This document shows, piece by piece, positions 63,351 through 64,000 of a stretch of 64,000 nucleotides of DNA (positions are counted from its first letter, which is position 1; each line of letters opens with the position of its first letter). The translations under genes were made by a program, and so were the position numbers. Origin of the DNA: Octopus sinensis (Eukaryota). The notes beneath the pieces are model-generated. The model had not been told where the DNA came from and ran no database searches. It saw nothing but the letters and a program-made list of their open reading frames with translations. Where the stretch lies: the NCBI RefSeq assembly GCF_006345805.1, contig NC_043013.1:14136001-14200000 (forward strand), in the 5' to 3' direction.

Positions 63351-64000
63351 TATAACATTCGTTGCTAGGAAACAAATAATAATGGGAATGAACAATCTCT
63401 GACAACCTGCTATGGACTTCTCGTATAATCATTGCCGATATGTTACGCGACATACGTTGCCAATATGTTACGCGACAAAAGTACTTTAGAAGGTGATTAT
63501 TTTAATGTCCGCATTTTGACATTTGCTCACATTTTATGTTCAGCATATCAAGAGATTGCATTAGGAAAATGAATATTTTCAGCAAGGCAGAGTAGGTATT
63601 TTTGTGATCCACTGATATACAAGAAAATTATGTATTATCAACAACGGACTAAAATATAAATCTATTGTTGATTTCTTTCACATTCAAGCTTGAGAAATAT
63701 TTTAACGAAAAGGAATTTATTTCTGGATCAAAAGGTTGGCTGAATGTAGCTGTTCTACAACTTATTTTCCATACGACTAATGTAATGTGTTTTGCTATCA
63801 TAAGAGCGCATGCGTTGCTGCACGGTTAAGAATTTCGCTTCATGATTACAAAGTTTCAGCTTCGCTCTCACTGAGAGATACTTTGGAAAGTTGTCTACTA
63901 CATCCAGGTTTATCCACATCTTGTGAATGAAAATTAGATAAACCACCATGCGGACTCACGCCCCATATATCTGCATTTATAAATATTTGCGTACCTATGC

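Noticed and set aside
63850-63975. Minus-strand frame IWGVSPHGGLSNFHSQ...EAETL* after a TGCAG
   Set aside because: Weak pyrimidine tract, unrecognised peptide, and it lies at the window edge.

Overview
Eukaryotic, AT-rich, microsatellite- and transposon-saturated genomic DNA. The tRNA-derived SINE families, RTE tails and (TA)n/(CATA)n load suggest a coleoid cephalopod, probably Octopus; this is inferred from recalled repeats, not a database hit. The only host gene I can identify is the last two coding exons of a rhophilin (RHPN1/2-like, PDZ domain) on the + strand (2535-2684, 4082-4627). The rest is a nested graveyard of mobile elements. DNA elements: a Tc1, a DD34D mariner, a hATm-like transposase remnant, three non-autonomous Helitrons and several MITE families. 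Retroelements: CR1 and RTE LINE fragments, Penelope-like remnants with hammerhead-like motifs, a complete but decayed 4.17-kb Ty3/Gypsy-type LTR element with TSD and a -1 frameshift signal, an internally deleted relative of it, and at least four SINE families. The most interesting signals are: (i) head-to-tail SINE-body multimers sharing one fold-back junction at four loci, plus a headless monomer with its own TSD; (ii) a PHD-type zinc finger embedded inside an RTE reverse transcriptase; (iii) several minimal hammerhead-like folds; (iv) a compact LTR element with a DIRS-like RNase H motif and an atypical PBS; (v) a Merlin-like MITE whose spacer is flipped between copies; (vi) a 90-bp-arm palindrome. 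All coordinates were read by eye and may be off by a few bases. Some frameshifts may be long-read consensus errors.
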